The notes under the pieces were generated by a model. It saw only the letters and a list, made by a program, of their open reading frames with translations. It searched no databases and was not told where the DNA came from. 64,000 nt of DNA from the human T2T-CHM13v2.0 reference genome, Homo sapiens: assembly GCF_009914755.1 (NCBI RefSeq), contig NC_060947.1. One strand, written 5' to 3'. The translations under genes were made by a program, and so were the position numbers. Each line of letters begins with the position of its first letter. The first letter of the stretch is position 1. Positions 24,422 through 39,029 of the stretch are shown in pieces.

Positions 24422-26146
24422 GTAAAAGATCTCTACAAGGAGAATTACAAAACACTACTGAAAGAAATCATAGATGACACAAACAAATAAAAAAAATTCC
24501 ACACTCATGGATGGGAAGAATCAATATTGTTAAAATGGCCATATGGCCCAAAGCAATCTATAAATTCAGTGCTATTTCTATCAAGTTGCCAATGTCACTT
24601 TTCACAGAATTAGAAAATCTATTCTAAAATTCATATGGAACAAAAATAATAACCCAAATAGCAAAAGCGATCCTAAGCAAAAAGGACAAAGCCAGAGGCA
24701 TCACATTAGCTGACTTCAAACTATACTATAAGGCTACAGTGAACAAAACAGCATGGAACCAGTACAAAAAGAGACACATAAACCAATGGAACAGAATACA
24801 GAACCCAGAAATAAAGCTGCACACCTACAACCAACTGCTCTTCAACAAAGCTGGCAAAGTAAACAACAGAGAAAGGATTCCCTATTCAAGAAATGGTGCT
24901 GGGATAGCTGGCTAGCCATATGCAGAAGAATGAAACTAGACCACTACCTTTCAACATATACAAAAATTAACTCAGGATTGATTAAAGATTTTAATGTAAG
25001 ACCTCAAACTATAAACATCCTAGAAGAAAACCTAGAAAACACCATTCTGAATATCAACCTTCAGAAAGAATTTATGAGTAAGTCCCCAGAAACAATTGCA
25101 ACAAAAATTGACAAGTGAGACATAATTAAACTAAAGAGCGTCTGTACAGCAAAAGAAACTAGCAATAGAGTAAACAGACAACCTACAGAATGGGAGAAAA
25201 TATTCACCAACTATGCATCTGACAAAGGCCTAATATCCAGAACCTATAAGAATTTTAAACAATTCAGCAAGCAAAGAACAACCCCATTAAAAGTGGGCAA
25301 AACATCAAGAGACGTTTCTCAAAAGACATAAAAGCAGCCAACAAACATATGAAAAAATGCTCCATATCACTAATCATCAGAGAAATGCTAATCAAAACCA
25401 CAATGAGATACCATCTCGTATCAGTCAGAATGGGACTAAAAAGTCCCAAAACAACAGATGTTAGTGAGGCTGCAGAGAAAAGAGAACGCTTATAAACTGT
25501 TGGCGGGAATGCAAATTATTCAGGCACTGTAGAAAGCAGTTTGAAGATTTCTCAAAGAGCTTAAAACAGGACTACCATTTGGCCCAGCAATCCAATTACT
25601 AGGTATATATCAAAAAATAAATAAATACATTATTATACCAAAAATATGCATTCCTATGTTCATCACAGCACTATTCACAATAGCAAAGACCTGGAATGGA
25701 CCTAGGTGCCCATCAATGGTGTACTATATAAATACAACATAATACATATATACCACAGAATACTACGCAGCCATGAAAAGAATAAAATTATGTCCTTTGC
25801 AGCAATATGGATGCATTTGGAGGCCATTATCCTAAGTGAATTAATGGAAGAACAGAAAACCAAACACTGCCTGTTCTCTCATAAGTAGGAGCTAAATATT
25901 GGGTACTCATGGTCATAAAGATGGCAACGATACTGGAGACTAATAGTTGCAGGAGGCAGGGAAGGGGTGGGGGTTGAGAAACTAACTATTGGGTACTATG
26001 TTCAGTCCCTAGGTGATGGGATCAATCATACCCCAAACCTCAGCATCACACAATATACCCATGTAACAAGCCTGCACATGCTATCCCCTGAATCTAAAAT
26101 AAAAGTTGAAATTATAAAAAATAAAATAATAAAGTAACAGCAAATA
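24422..26146 (+). mobile_element. 5'-truncated L1PA15/16-like LINE
   Basis: Late ORF2 ([23 protein letters not shown]) and 3'UTR ending cccctgaatctaaaataaaagttg; probable TSD aaatactgacaaca (24408-24421) / aaatactgagaaga (26147-26160). Confidence 0.93.
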
Positions 26147-26316
26147 AAATACTGAGAAGAAAATGAAGTCCTCAAAGCTTGAGCTTTTGAAAATAATTCT
26201 TTTCATATATTTCATATCATAATCTTTTTTTGATCACCTACTATATGCATTTAGATAAAAGCTATGGACAAACTCAAATTCAACAAAGTGTCTGCCTTTA
26301 AGAATTACATCAGTGA

Positions 26317-26627
<311 letters not shown>

Positions 26628-26639
26628 TTACAGCAAAAA

Positions 26640-27075
26640 CAATGCTATATAACGAACTTAGTGGCATGCAACCATAAAGATTTACTTTTACACATACCAC
26701 ATACATGGGTATGGAGGTTAACTGTGGATTGGGTAATCACTCCTTTAATCATCTGAGTGGCTGCTTCAAATTTCAAGTTCTGCTGGGCATGATTCCTGGC
26801 TATATACTGGGCTCCATTTTATTCAACATAAGTTCATTTTGAGACCCATTCTCTTCTCATAGTGATGGCACAATTTCAAGAGCATAGCCCTACTAACCAA
26901 GTAGGTTTCATGATTTTGGTTGCATCATTTCTGCTAAAACATATTAGCCAAAGCAAGTCATATAGTTGAGCCCAAATCAAGAAGAAAGTTAACTCTGCCT
27001 CTAGAGAAACTACAAAGTCACATGAGAAAGGGCATGCTACAGAGAGGAAAGCATTAGGATCGAGTTTAAATTGCT
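26640..27075 (-). mobile_element. MLT1-type MaLR LTR
   Basis: aacttagtggc...; catattagccaaagcaagtcatatagttgagcccaa; caaagtcacatg. Confidence 0.7.
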
Positions 27076-27527
27076 CCAACAGGGTTAGAGTTTAATTCTT
27101 GACAAAGCAGATAAAACATTGTACAGCTGGCAATAAGATAGTCATCTTAAACAGAGTGATCATGGATTTCTCCAGTTGTTTAAAGGGTAAATGAATGTTA
27201 TTGAGTTCTAACCTGTGGGTTCATTTTCTATATTCAGTGCCTCTAACCTTAGATCATTTGAGAACTTGTACAGATTAATCCACCTTATTATCAGACTATG
27301 TTATATTAAGAAATAAAATCAATGAAAGAAACATTTATGAAGCCTTGTTACTATTTTTTAGATTATTTTCTATACCTACAAAACAGTGATAATTGAAGAC
27401 CAGCTCCCTCTCTCAAGAAGGTCTGGAGGTAGTGAGCTATAAGGACATTTTAGTTTTTGTATCAACTATTTCTTTAGCAGGAAATCTATGATTCTTAAAT
27501 TGCAGGCTATTTAATTTCTGAACAATT

Positions 27528-27725
27528 CATCACACTCCGGGGACTGTTGTGGGGTGGGGGGAGGGGGGAGGAATAGCATTTGGAGATATACTTAATGCTA
27601 AATGACGAGTTAATGGGTGCAGCACACCAACATGGCACATGTATACATATGTAACAAACCTGCACATTGTGCACATGTACCCTAAAACTTAAAGTATAAT
27701 AATAATAAAATAAAATAAAAAAAGA
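27528..27725 (+). mobile_element. Short 5'-truncated L1PA3-like 3' end
   Basis: G-rich tract, taatgctaaatgacgag, ccctaaaacttaaagtataat, A-rich tail. Confidence 0.93.
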
Positions 27726-28329
27726 AGAAATTAAATTTTCCGAGTGTCTTAGTGAAAGGTTTACATCCATTTAAAATTGTACCTTTGTTGTATAGATCAA
27801 CATTGAAGGAAATCAGCCATAACATTTTATAATTAAGAATAATGTAGGAGTGTAAGATCTTTGTTGCTTGCAGAACTTAAAAAATCTATTAATTTCTCAT
27901 TATTGCAGCATAATGACTCAACTCCTTAAACGGAAAGGAACATAAACTACTTGAACCAAATTTTGTGATAGAAACTCAGCATGTGCTATTAATTTAAAGT
28001 GATTCTTTCAATAATTTGATTATATTTTATGATATAACCGATTCAGTCAAATGGAAATGTAGAAAATGTTTCATTTGATTCCTAAATAAAGGATAATGAA
28101 GGTCTTAAAATTTCCACTAAAATAAATTGCTATTAAGGTAACATGTCAATAATTCACAAACTGAAATCTCTCTATACATATATATTCATATATAGTGCAG
28201 AATGCTTGACGTTTGCAATGATTTATTATATTTAGTGATATTATATAATTTTACTGCCCCTAAATCATATATGAATTAACCTATTCTTATATGCTTAAAT
28301 ACAAATTTACATATGAATTTTAAAACAGA

Positions 28330-29090
28330 AGAAGTTGTAATCACATGCCAATCAGAATGCCTAAAACCAAAGGGCCTGACAATTTTAAGGATTGTTGAGG
28401 ATAGGGAGTAACTGGAACCTTCATATATTGCTGGTGGGAGTTTATTTTGGTACAATTGCTTTGGAAATATCTTTGTCAATATCTCCTAAATCTGAACATA
28501 TGTACACTCTATGACAAATAAATTCAACTCCTAAGTATACATAACCCAAAATAATGTGTGTACCTGCATCTATCTATCTAATCTATCAATCATCTATCTA
28601 TCTACAGACACAAAAGTGTTCATAGCAGTATTATTCATATGTGATCTAAACTGGAAGCAATCTAAACGCATATCATCTCTAGAAAGAATAAACTGTGAAA
28701 TATTCATACAATTGAACACTACATAACAAAAGGAAATAAATTATTGTTACACACCATTAACATCAATAAGTATCAACATAACATTTAGTGAAAGATGCCA
28801 AACAAAGACTATATATTGTATAATTTCATTCATATAAAGTTCAAGACCAGGCAACATTTGTTGAAGGTGTTAGAAAGCAGGATGGTGGTTACTTTTACTG
28901 TGGCACTTAGAGCCTGGAAGTAGGTACAAGGAGGGCCTCAAAGGTGATGGTAATATTCTACTTCTGGATCTTGGCAGTGGTTATATGGATGTGTTTACTT
29001 AGTGAAAATTTAACAAGTTGCACAGTTAAGATTTGTGTACTTGTCTGAATCTATGATACATTTTTGTAAATTTTTTTTTTAAAAAATAAG
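28330..29090 (+). mobile_element. L1ME-like 3' region containing a degenerate (TCTA)n at 28568-28604
   Basis: ctggaaccttcatatattgctggtgggag; ctggatcttggcagtggttatatggatgtgtttact. Confidence 0.75.
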
Positions 29091-30279
29091 CACATATCTG
29101 GTTTCTCACTATGATGACTTCACGTCCTCTATTTTTCACAATTTCTGAAATATCTGCTTAATGACTCTAACACATTCTTTTGAATCTCATTATTTTTCAT
29201 TCTCCAAATCATTAAGGAATTATTTTTTTAAGTTCCTCAAACTGTTCACTTACTATTAATTCCTTATGTAGGAATAAGACACAAGATCTTAGGGAATTTA
29301 TAGAGCCTCTCTTCATTCTTGTATCTGCCAAAAGAAACTTTATGTTACAAACCTTGATTATCAATTCTCTCCATGACATTTAAAATAATATCTTTCATAG
29401 GAACTCTGCTACCACCTTTCTGCCCAAAGTAATTTACACTAACCATGGAAATTTTGAAATTAGATTTGAGACCTTCTGTCCCAAACCACATGCTTCTTGT
29501 AACAGAGGGAGTTTTGAATAGTATAAGGTTATTCCTAATCCTAGCAATAATACTTAATAATAATGAAAGGCTTAATGGGTTGATATATTAAGTCCATTTT
29601 TCAAATTACAGCTAAGATTGTTTTTCCTTGGAAAATCAAGTTTAGGTTTGTCTCCAGACATGCATTAAGCAATGAACATGGGTTCCTAGGAAAGGAAGGC
29701 CTCCTACGGTATGCACAGGGCATACTCATTCAATTGGAAAGCTCTTTAACAAAGAAATTGCTTCTTCATGAGCAGTATTAAAGCAACCTCCCATTACTAT
29801 CGCATGTTAAACTACCTCTTGGGCATTTTGCCAAATCTGTAAGTTGCATGACAAGCTTTTTGTATAAAATGTGTTTTTCTCTGAAATAGCTCAGACATTC
29901 TCTCCTCACTCTCTCCTTTTTTTTGTATCCCTCACAGATGCCATCAAAGTTAACCAATTTCAACCATTAATTTATTCCATAGTGCTCATGAAGTTTTACA
30001 CAGTGCCATATTGAGAAGCAAGACATCTGATGATGGAGCAGAGTTCCTTTGTGACTAGAAGAGATAAAATCCTTATAAAATGCAGAAGACTTGTCAAAAT
30101 TATTTTTTATCTTATACTAAATTATAGTCTGTAAAGAAAATCCACACAGAGTAAAAGATAAACGGTATGACTTAGGCACAAAGTCAATTACATCATGAAT
30201 ACAAAGAAATTCATTAATATTATTACTGAATTCCATAGTAAATATGAAGTGGTCAGATATGCTGCATAGGGGGATGCAA

Positions 30280-30700
30280 CTGACTGGTAGTTTTCTCCTC
30301 TAAATTTGTTGTACTTTTCTCCCTGGTCATATAGGCTAACCCAATTGAAGACAATATTCCCAGCCTCCTTTGTAGGTAGCCATGTTTGGACACTCAACTA
30401 AATTCTTGCTAATAAAATATAAGCGTAAACAATTTTTTCTGAATCTGAACTTTCCCTATTTCCTATTCCCTTTTGGTTAAAGCCAAATGAGGCAGTGAAC
30501 AACTATGACCATGCAGAAGAAATCTATATGCTAGGGAATGATGCTACACCAGTGTCGAAAGTATCTACACCACTGTATACCATGATTGAGCTGAGCCACA
30601 CCTTTAGCCTATTGAGCTCATCTGAGAAATAAATATGCTTTTGTCTACTTTTATCCATGTGTGTTTTCGTTTTTGTCATATAAACTGATCTTTATCCTAA
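30280..30700 (+). mobile_element. MLT1-type MaLR LTR
   Basis: attcccagcctcctttgtaggtagccatgt...actaaattcttgctaat; gagaaataaa near the 3' end. Confidence 0.55.
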
Positions 30701-31140
30701 AAAATCCAGATGGGTTTGTTTGCTCTTCTTGATTAATAATTTTTGATTCTCAAAAAATATGGAACAAATATTTGATTATTTTTGTGATAAAATGCTTTAT
30801 ATTTCTGTAGGATGTTTCTTTTATTTAGGCCTTTCTCTATAATCTGTCACATTATAGTCACAACAATCATGTCCTGGCAGTTAAGATAATTCATTATCAT
30901 ATTTTGCAAATAAGGAAGCAAGTTCATTGGCAAGTGGACCTCAATATTTCCAAATTATTTCAGAAACCCATACTACAAGTTCAGAGAAAAAGTAGATGGA
31001 TGACTGTTTATTAAAGTTAATAAAAATAAGGTATTTAATATGTATTTTTTGGAAAAAATATATATGACATTTTACTGCATTTATTTAACAACTAATTTAT
31101 CTCTTTAATAAAATTAAAAATATCAGTTTTTAAAATTAAG

Positions 31141-31772
31141 TCCATCTATTGGGTGTATACACAAATGAAATGAAATCAGCACTCCATAGAGATAGCTGTA
31201 CTCCCATATTCTTTATGGCATTTTTCACAATAATCAAGATATGGAAACAACCTAAGTGTCCAATGACAGATGAATGCATAAAGCAATTGTGATTCATACA
31301 TACAGTGGAATATTATTCGGTCTTAAAAGAGGAGATACTGCCATTTGTGACAACATGGATGGACTTGGAGGATATGCTAAGTGAACTAAGCCAGACACAG
31401 AAATACAAATAGTATATGATCTCAGTTGTATGTGGACTCTAAAAAGAGAAAAGGTAGAATAAATAGAAATAGAGAGTAGAACTGTGGTTACAAGGGGTAG
31501 GGATGGGGGAGAAAACGGAGAGATGTAGGTCAAGGATACAAATTAGCAGTTAGGTAGGATGAATAAGTCCAGAGATCTAATGTACAGCATGAAGACTATT
31601 ATTAATAACATTATATACTGAAAATGTGCTGAGATAATAAATTTTAGGTGCTCTTAACCACAAAAAAATTCCTATGAAAGATAGATATGTAAATTTCTTT
31701 GACTGTAGTAATAAATTCAATATGTATGTGTATCTCAAAATGTCATATTGTACATCTTAAACAATTTTAAAA
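31141..31772 (+). mobile_element. L1MA (L1MA9/10-like) 3' end
   Basis: ggaaacaacctaagtgtccaatgacagatgaatg; gatgaataagtccagagatctaatgtacagcatg. Confidence 0.85.
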
Positions 31773-32470
31773 AGAAACTTCCAAACCTTTTTCAAAACGG
31801 CTGTACTATTTTACATTCCAATCTTCAGTGACTAAAAGTTCCCCGTTTGATATACTTGCCAACATTTAGTATGGTCAGATGTTTTAGTTTTAGATAGTCT
31901 AGTACATGTGTATTTGTATCTTATTGTGGTTTTAATTTTTCATTTCCCTAATGACTAATGATGATAAGCATACTCACATTTTTGGCATCCATTTTTCCTC
32001 TCTGGATAAGTGTCCGTATGCTCTTTTGCCCATTTTCAGTTTTTACTGGCTTGTTTTCTTAGCGTTTGAGAATGTATGTGTATATATATGTACATTTATA
32101 GAGAGTGAATATATATTTACATATTTTTAATTTACATATACCATGGACACAAATAATTTATCAGAATTGTGGTTTGGCTTTTCATTCTCTTAATCATGTT
32201 TGAATTTTGATGAAGTCCAATTTTTTTTCTTCTATGGAATGTGCTTATCGTGTTGTACCTAAGAAATCTTTACTAATCCTAGGCCATAACAATTTTCTCC
32301 TATATTTTATTCTGTAAGTTTTATAATTTGGGGTTTAAATTAATATCTAGGGTCCATGTCAAAATGATTTTTGTATATGGTGCTAGGTATGTGTGGGAGC
32401 TCTCTCTCTCTTACTTTTTTTTGTTTTTTGCACATGGATATCTAATTATTCAACCATCACTACTGCGTAT
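31773..32470 (-). mobile_element. Old L1M (L1MC/MD-like) fragment
   Basis: gaaacttccaaacc...ggctgtactattttacattcc; catttccctaatgactaatgatg. Confidence 0.75.
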
Positions 32471-33764
32471 CAATTGACCATATTTGTTGTCTGAACAATG
32501 TTTTTCTAAATGATTCTTCTAAGTTTCAGCTGCATTTTGTTCAAAATCAGTATGAAGGCTTTAATCACAGTTGTCACAAAAGGGAGCAAAAAAGAACTTT
32601 GTTTGCAAACTGCAATTATTTTTAAAAAGCTTATAAACAAATTATTAAAATTTATTTTTACAAAAGCAAAGAAACAATAAACCATAAGAGCTTACATGTA
32701 ATATGATATCTAATTTTGACATTTTATAATTGTGCCTGGAAATCTAGACATGTAGGAAGAATATTTTAATGGAGCTCATATTTTTAATTGAAAAAGTTGT
32801 ATTCTGTCCTGAAAAGGAGATAAATAGAAAGAATATGACTATATGGTCTTTAAATCCAATGAAATAATTAAAAAGCATCATGAATAGAAGCAACTTATTT
32901 TGTAAGTTTTCCTGGTAAAATATTTGTCAAAGAAAGTCTCTTAGTATGAATAAAAAATAAAATATTTTGAATTAAATATTTATGCTTTGCAATATGAATA
33001 AATATCCTTGAGAATATCTCCCATTTAGCAAATTTAGCTTGAGCTTACCAGGCAACTAAGCACCTATACAGAGATACTTTTCTCAATTAAAATTATTAAA
33101 GTTTACAGAGACAAGGCATTTGAAATTGTCATCAATTCAAAATTTATTAGCCACTAAATGCAACTTTGAGGAAGTTGCAAATATTTTAGAAAAAGTTTAA
33201 AACAAGACAACATTGGAAAAATATGTTTTATAGAAAAATACTAATGACACACTATTAGCAACATATATTTAAAAATTGATAGAAGTATGTGGATATTTAA
33301 CAAGAATAATTATTTCACTTATATGTTAATGTTCAGAATATGAATAAAATTGTTTTAATGTATGCAGATATATGACTTTTGAGAAGTCATTATAGAAAAT
33401 AATTTTTGAACAGAACTAATTTTGAAGTTCACTGACATAAATATTTTTAATTTATAATTTTGTTATCATCCCCTTATATCTTAAATTTTCCAAGTTATAA
33501 AAATAAATTATGTGGTCACCTTGCCCATGAATAACTCTATTCATCTCTGGAAAATACATGCTCCTTTATTAGCTTAGTCACTATCACTTTATAATATTTT
33601 TTATTTTAACATTTAAGTTAAATAACCAAATAGATGGTGTACATACAAAACAGTGAGAGAATGAAAGTTGGTTTATATTAATAAAATATGTAATGGCCAT
33701 AGTTTTCCTTTCTGCAACTAGCCATGTGATTGAATATATTGTCTATAAGCACCTTCTGCTATAC

Positions 33765-34072
33765 TTTTTTTTTTTTTTTTTTTTTTTGAGACGGAGTTTT
33801 GCTCTTGTTGCCCAGGCTGGAGTGCAATGGCGTGATCTCTAGGCTCACCGCAACCTCCGCCTCCTGGGTTCAAGAGATTTTCCTGCCTCAGCCTCCCGAG
33901 GTAGCTGGGATTACAGGCATGTGCCACCACGCCCGGCTAATTTTGTATTTTTAGTAGAGACGGGGTTTCTCCATGTTGATCAGGGTGGTCTCAAACTCCC
34001 GACCTCAGGTAGTCCACCCGCCTCGGCCTCCCAAAGTGCTGGGATTACAGGCATGAGCCACCGCGCCGGGCC
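33765..34072 (-). mobile_element. AluSp
   Basis: Antisense dimer with gctcttgttgccc, gctcaccgcaacc and tttctccatgttg; poly(T). Confidence 0.95.
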
Positions 34073-34240
34073 TACACATCTTAAATATCCCTTTAGCCTT
34101 GGCACTGTCAATTTCCTTGGCACTATCAGCTCCCTCCACTTCACCAAATGTCTGTGCCGAAGTTGTTTTTAGCCTGGGACAGGGTTAAAGCCTCTTAGAC
34201 TAGGAGAGTTAAGAGCAATTTTTCTTCTTTAAAATAACAG

Positions 34241-34398
34241 AGCTGGCATGATGGATCACACCTGTAATCCAAGCTACGGGGGAGGCTTAGGTGGGAGGAT
34301 TGCTTGAGGCCAGGCATTCAAGACAAGCCTGAGCAACATAGTGAGACGCAGTCTCTAAAATTTATTATTTTTTTTAATTAGCTGGGCATAGTGGCACC
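34241..34398 (+). mobile_element. AluJ/FLAM-like left monomer, truncated
   Basis: gggaggattgcttgaggccagg...gcaacatagtgagac. Confidence 0.85.
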
Positions 34399-34419
34399 CA
34401 TGGAGAGTCCTAAATATTA

Positions 34420-34730
34420 AGAACACCCACAGGTAGGAAACTGGGAGACAAATGAGATCAGGGTGCTTATTCTTTCTGCCTCCTCCTTGCAGATCAGCTT
34501 AAGCTGGTTGCAAATCCCCAACTTTGTTTGCTCCTGTCAGTTGCCCTTCTTCACACAGCTCTTTGTCTCTGGGTTCTGGAAATTTCTTTCTACTCTCATT
34601 CTTTAGGCATAGGATTAGTAACATTGTGCCCTATAGTGCTTGTACTTTCCTAACAGACTCTCCACACCTTTATAAATTGTCCTCCCATTAAATACCCCTG
34701 AAATTTAGCAGTTTGAACATTTTATTGTTC
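34420..34730 (+). mobile_element. ERVL LTR (LTR33-like) 3' part
   Basis: ccacacctttataaattgtcctcccattaaatacccctgaaatttagcagtttga. Confidence 0.6.
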
Positions 34731-34788
34731 CATATTTGATAGATCTAAAAATCAAGACATTGGAAATATATTTGATAGATCTAAAAAT

Positions 34789-34849
34789 CAAGACAACATT
34801 GGAAAAATATGTTTTATAGAAACATACTAATGATACACTATTAGCAACA
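34789..34849 (+). repeat. 61-bp direct duplicate of 33203-33263
   Basis: caagacaacattggaaaaatatgttttataga...ctattagcaaca; 2 substitutions. Confidence 0.93.
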
Positions 34850-35279
34850 ATTGAGTTATACTATTATTGCAATTATATGCAATAGTTATACACTATTGCA
34901 ATTGAGTTAATAAGGAATAGGTTCTGCTTTTAATAGACTAGCCAATGAGAAGTAGTTCACTGTTTTTAATGTACACTCTTGCAGAAGGTAAAACACTGAA
35001 GGGTAGACCCAAATTGTTCCAACAGAAATGAGGGGGAAAGACAATATAAGAGAACCCAGGACATCTATATATTTACAAAATGGCTAGAGATCCAACTTTG
35101 AGATATACTGACAATTGGAAGAAAACAGAAACATCCAAGCCATAGTATAAGAAGAGTCACTTCCATCACATCCATTGCTAGCCATATCCATAATAAGGTA
35201 AATTTCTTTGATCATAAGTGAATTTACTTGGAACCATAAGTACAGTATTAGGAAGAAGTTTATATTCAATTCCTAGGTT

Positions 35280-35760
35280 TAATTCTGTCCCATGGCTTTG
35301 ATTTCTTTATATATGCCAACGTTTCTCAAATTTAGATTCTTATGAACTCTACTGAACTTGAGACTACTAAATCCAAATACTTACTCATCTCTCCATTTGA
35401 ATGTTTAATAGCTATCTCATATATCTTATGTCCAGGTTGAATTATTGACTCTTCTGAAGACCCTCGCCCCTACATGCCTCAGTTAAAATCTAATTGCTCA
35501 CGCCAATATTACAAATGTCATCATCAGTCTTTTCTTTCACCTTCCACATTCATTTTATCACTACGTCCTGTTGCTTCTACATTCAAGTCATATTCTAAAG
35601 CTGAGCACTTCACATTATCTCCAGAGTTAATGCTCTAGATCTTATGATCATCGAATACCTACTTCTTCTATTATATCTGGTCTTTTTCTGCTCTTGTACT
35701 TATAGAGTTGACTTTCCACCCATCAACCAGAGAAATCCTTTAAAAATAAGCTACATCAGT
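35280..35760 (+). mobile_element. L2 fragment
   Basis: tccaaatacttactcatctctccatttgaatgtttaatagctatctca. Confidence 0.7.
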
Positions 35761-35994
35761 ATTTAATATTTTTTCCTAAATTGCTCTACATTCTAAATCG
35801 AGAGACTGCATCAATAGTTTAAAAGCTATGAAACTAATATGAAGACAATGTATAACTTGAGAGAATAGCTTTTTCTCAATTAATACTAGTGATTTGAAAT
35901 TTTGTAAAATGGCCAAAGCAAAAACTCATTTAGGCAAAAATGTATATTATTATAAAAACTATGATAAAAATCTCAAAAATAATCTTGATTATAC

Positions 35995-36690
35995 ATATAA
36001 AGATGGTGATGGGGATGCAAAATGGTATAGCTTCTTTGGAAGACAGTTTGGCAGTTTATTGCAAAGCTAAACATGATCTTACCATACAAATAATTAATTG
36101 TACTCTGGTATTTGCCCAAGTGAGTTGAAAATGTATATCCACACAAAAACCTACACACAAGTGTTCATAACAGCTTTATGTATAAATGCCAAAACTTGAA
36201 AGCAATAAAGATGTCACAATAGAGGTGAATGGATAAACAAAGTGGTACACCTATACAATGAGATATTATTTAGTGATAAAAATAAATGAGCTATCAAGCT
36301 ATGAAGAGACATGGAGGAACCTTGAGTAAGTACTGCTAAGTAAATAACAAGTTTGAAAAGGCTACAATTTAAACTATATGACATTCTGGAAATAGCAAAA
36401 CTATACAGACAATAAAGAGACCAGTGATTATCGTGGTACAGCAGGAAGGAGGAAGGGAGAGGTGAATAGACAGGGTATGGAAGATATTTAGGACAGTAAA
36501 ATTATTCTGTATGGTATTGTAATGGCAGATACATGGCATTATATATTTGTTAAAACCCATAAATGTACAATACAAAGATTGAGCTCTAATGTAAACTATG
36601 GCCTTTAGTTAATAAAAGTGTATTAATGTTTGTTCATCAATTGTAATAAATGAACCATATTAATGTAAGATGCTAATAATAGTAGAAAAA
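35995..36690 (+). mobile_element. L1MC-like 3' region
   Basis: ttggaagacagtttggcagtt; aatgagctatcaagc; aatgtaaactatggcctttag. Confidence 0.85.
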
Positions 36691-37179
36691 TATAATTTAT
36701 TTTGTGTATCCTGGGAAGTGATCAGTTGTATCCTTAAGCAAAGTTATTATTAAACTGGAATATTTGGTTTATGGACAGTAAGAAAGGGGCATGTGAGGAA
36801 TGAAGAATTTTGTACGCTGTAATTTAGGCACTCACCACTTCATACATGATATATTGTAACATTCTCTTAATTCGTTTCCCTGCGTTAGACTTTTTCATTT
36901 ATTGGCCATTGCCAACATCAAGGATAATTAACTTTTGCAAATCACTGTTTTTCACTTGTCACACAATACCCAAAAATCTTTAATGTCTTTCTATTGCTTA
37001 TAAAATAAAGAATTTTTAGCATGTCACTCAACCTTTCCTTTAACTATTTCTTAACTATGCTCTAAAATGGATGGCTTCTATTGCCCTTAAAAGAACTATG
37101 TTCTGGGGAAACTGTTGTATTCATTGTCACTTCCATACCTACTTTCTTTCTGCTAACCTGGAAGTAAGAAAATGTTTGA

Positions 37180-37310
37180 AGCAATGGCTTTAACAATTAC
37201 AACCTGGGATATTGATCAAGGTTTATTTTGGAAGCTTTTTGAACATCAATTTCCTCATCTGAAAAAATATAAATGACAACATATACTCTTGGGGTTGCTG
37301 TGATATTTGT
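37180..37310 (+). mobile_element. MIR fragment
   Basis: caatttcctcatctgaaaaaat...ggggttgctgtga. Confidence 0.45.
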
Positions 37311-39029
37311 GTAAACACTATTTGTCCTCTCCAGTTCTATACCCATAAAACAAACTTGTGATTCAACTTCTACACAAATTTCCTACTTCTTTTGCCAGCT
37401 TAGAGACATTTGAGCTTCTGTGGCATTGCAATCTGTACCACAATTGATATTTGAGTAGTCTTAGTTGTCTTTGCATTAATAAACTTATTCTACAAACAAA
37501 GCATGATGCTAAGTGATCTGGAACCTACAGAAATAAATATGACATGGGTACTGCCCTATAATATTTACTATCTAGTTGGAAATAGTTTAGCAGTTTACCC
37601 TACTATAGTGTAAACTCCTTGACAGTAGGGTATTTATCTGGCTACTGTAAGAAGTTAGTACTTCTAACACTTTACATAATGCTTTGCACATACCCAACAC
37701 TAAATATAGATGTGCTTATGATGCTATACAGAGAAATGTGAAATAGAGAGTTTGTAAAACTCCCTATTTCAAGCCAAGATCATCCTTAATGAAAGAAAAC
37801 ATTCGAATTAACATTTAAAAACAAGACAAAAACTTTTTTTGAAAATTATTTTTCTCTTTGCCCCACAGTATAATTTAGGTTTCTATTCGTTTCATTTGTA
37901 AAGCAACAACAAAATAAAAACAAATCTATAATACCTACAACAACAAACAACAAAAGATTGAAGTTGAAAGGACAAGCATTTTCTATATGTTTACTAGCGT
38001 ATCTTATCACTGTAATAATCTCTTAAATTTAGTGATTGATGGTTTATAAAGTAATTTTGCTTGCTGTAATTTTACCTTTAATCCTCAAATAACTCTGTGA
38101 CATCCACTGTGGGTAATTTTTCCTGAAGCAGAAATGTACTAGCTTATACATATTTTTCCTGCTTTCCTTAAGAACAGTGATATATATAGCTAAGATTATT
38201 GACCATGTCCCAAAATCGACCCAGGGAAGTATTAAATCTATAATCTCAATCTCATCCACATCATGCTTGGTCACCAACAAATATTCCCCAATTTGTTTAG
38301 TGTTGCTTTTCTAAACACAGTAAATAAAAAAGCCATTGAGATGAGTGAATATGTACTTTAACAGTTGAGGGGTGGTGTTTATTTGTTTTCAGTTATTAAA
38401 ATCCTTAGTGAGATTTGAAAAATATTTCCAAATGACTCACTACTCTGCTTGCATCTCTGTTTCCTTCTCTTCAACTTAAAATTATAAGTTATTTCCTTAA
38501 TTATAACCTTAGAAGTAAAGACAATTTACCATTTTATTTTTAATATCTTAAAATTATTAGTGTACAACACCCCATTCTTCTTTATTTATAGTTGAAACTT
38601 CTGTAGCTAAAATATGTTGTCTTTGTCTGAACACATATGCCTCACATTTTGGTTTCAGAATTTGATTTCCCTTAGATAAGCCACCCTTCTCTCACTTTTT
38701 GCCTGTGTGGTTCAGAGGAGAATTTCCAACCTCAATTTCAGAACAGTCTCTGTAGTCCTGAATAAATTAAAACACTGCCTCTCCCAGGCACTATTAACTG
38801 GTCCAAAGCTACCCTAATCAGACCTCTGCTTGAAACTTTTGCTGCAACTATAATAAGAAAGAAAATGAGAACTTGAAGCTAATACCAGAAGAGAATTGCT
38901 TGCAGTTGAAGCCAATATAGAAGAAAACAGAGCTGAATAAGAGATGGATTCCTGAATATAATCTTTTAACACCTTATATAAGTTACCAGGGCTGCATAAC
39001 AAATTGCCTCAAAACTTACTGGCATCTAT

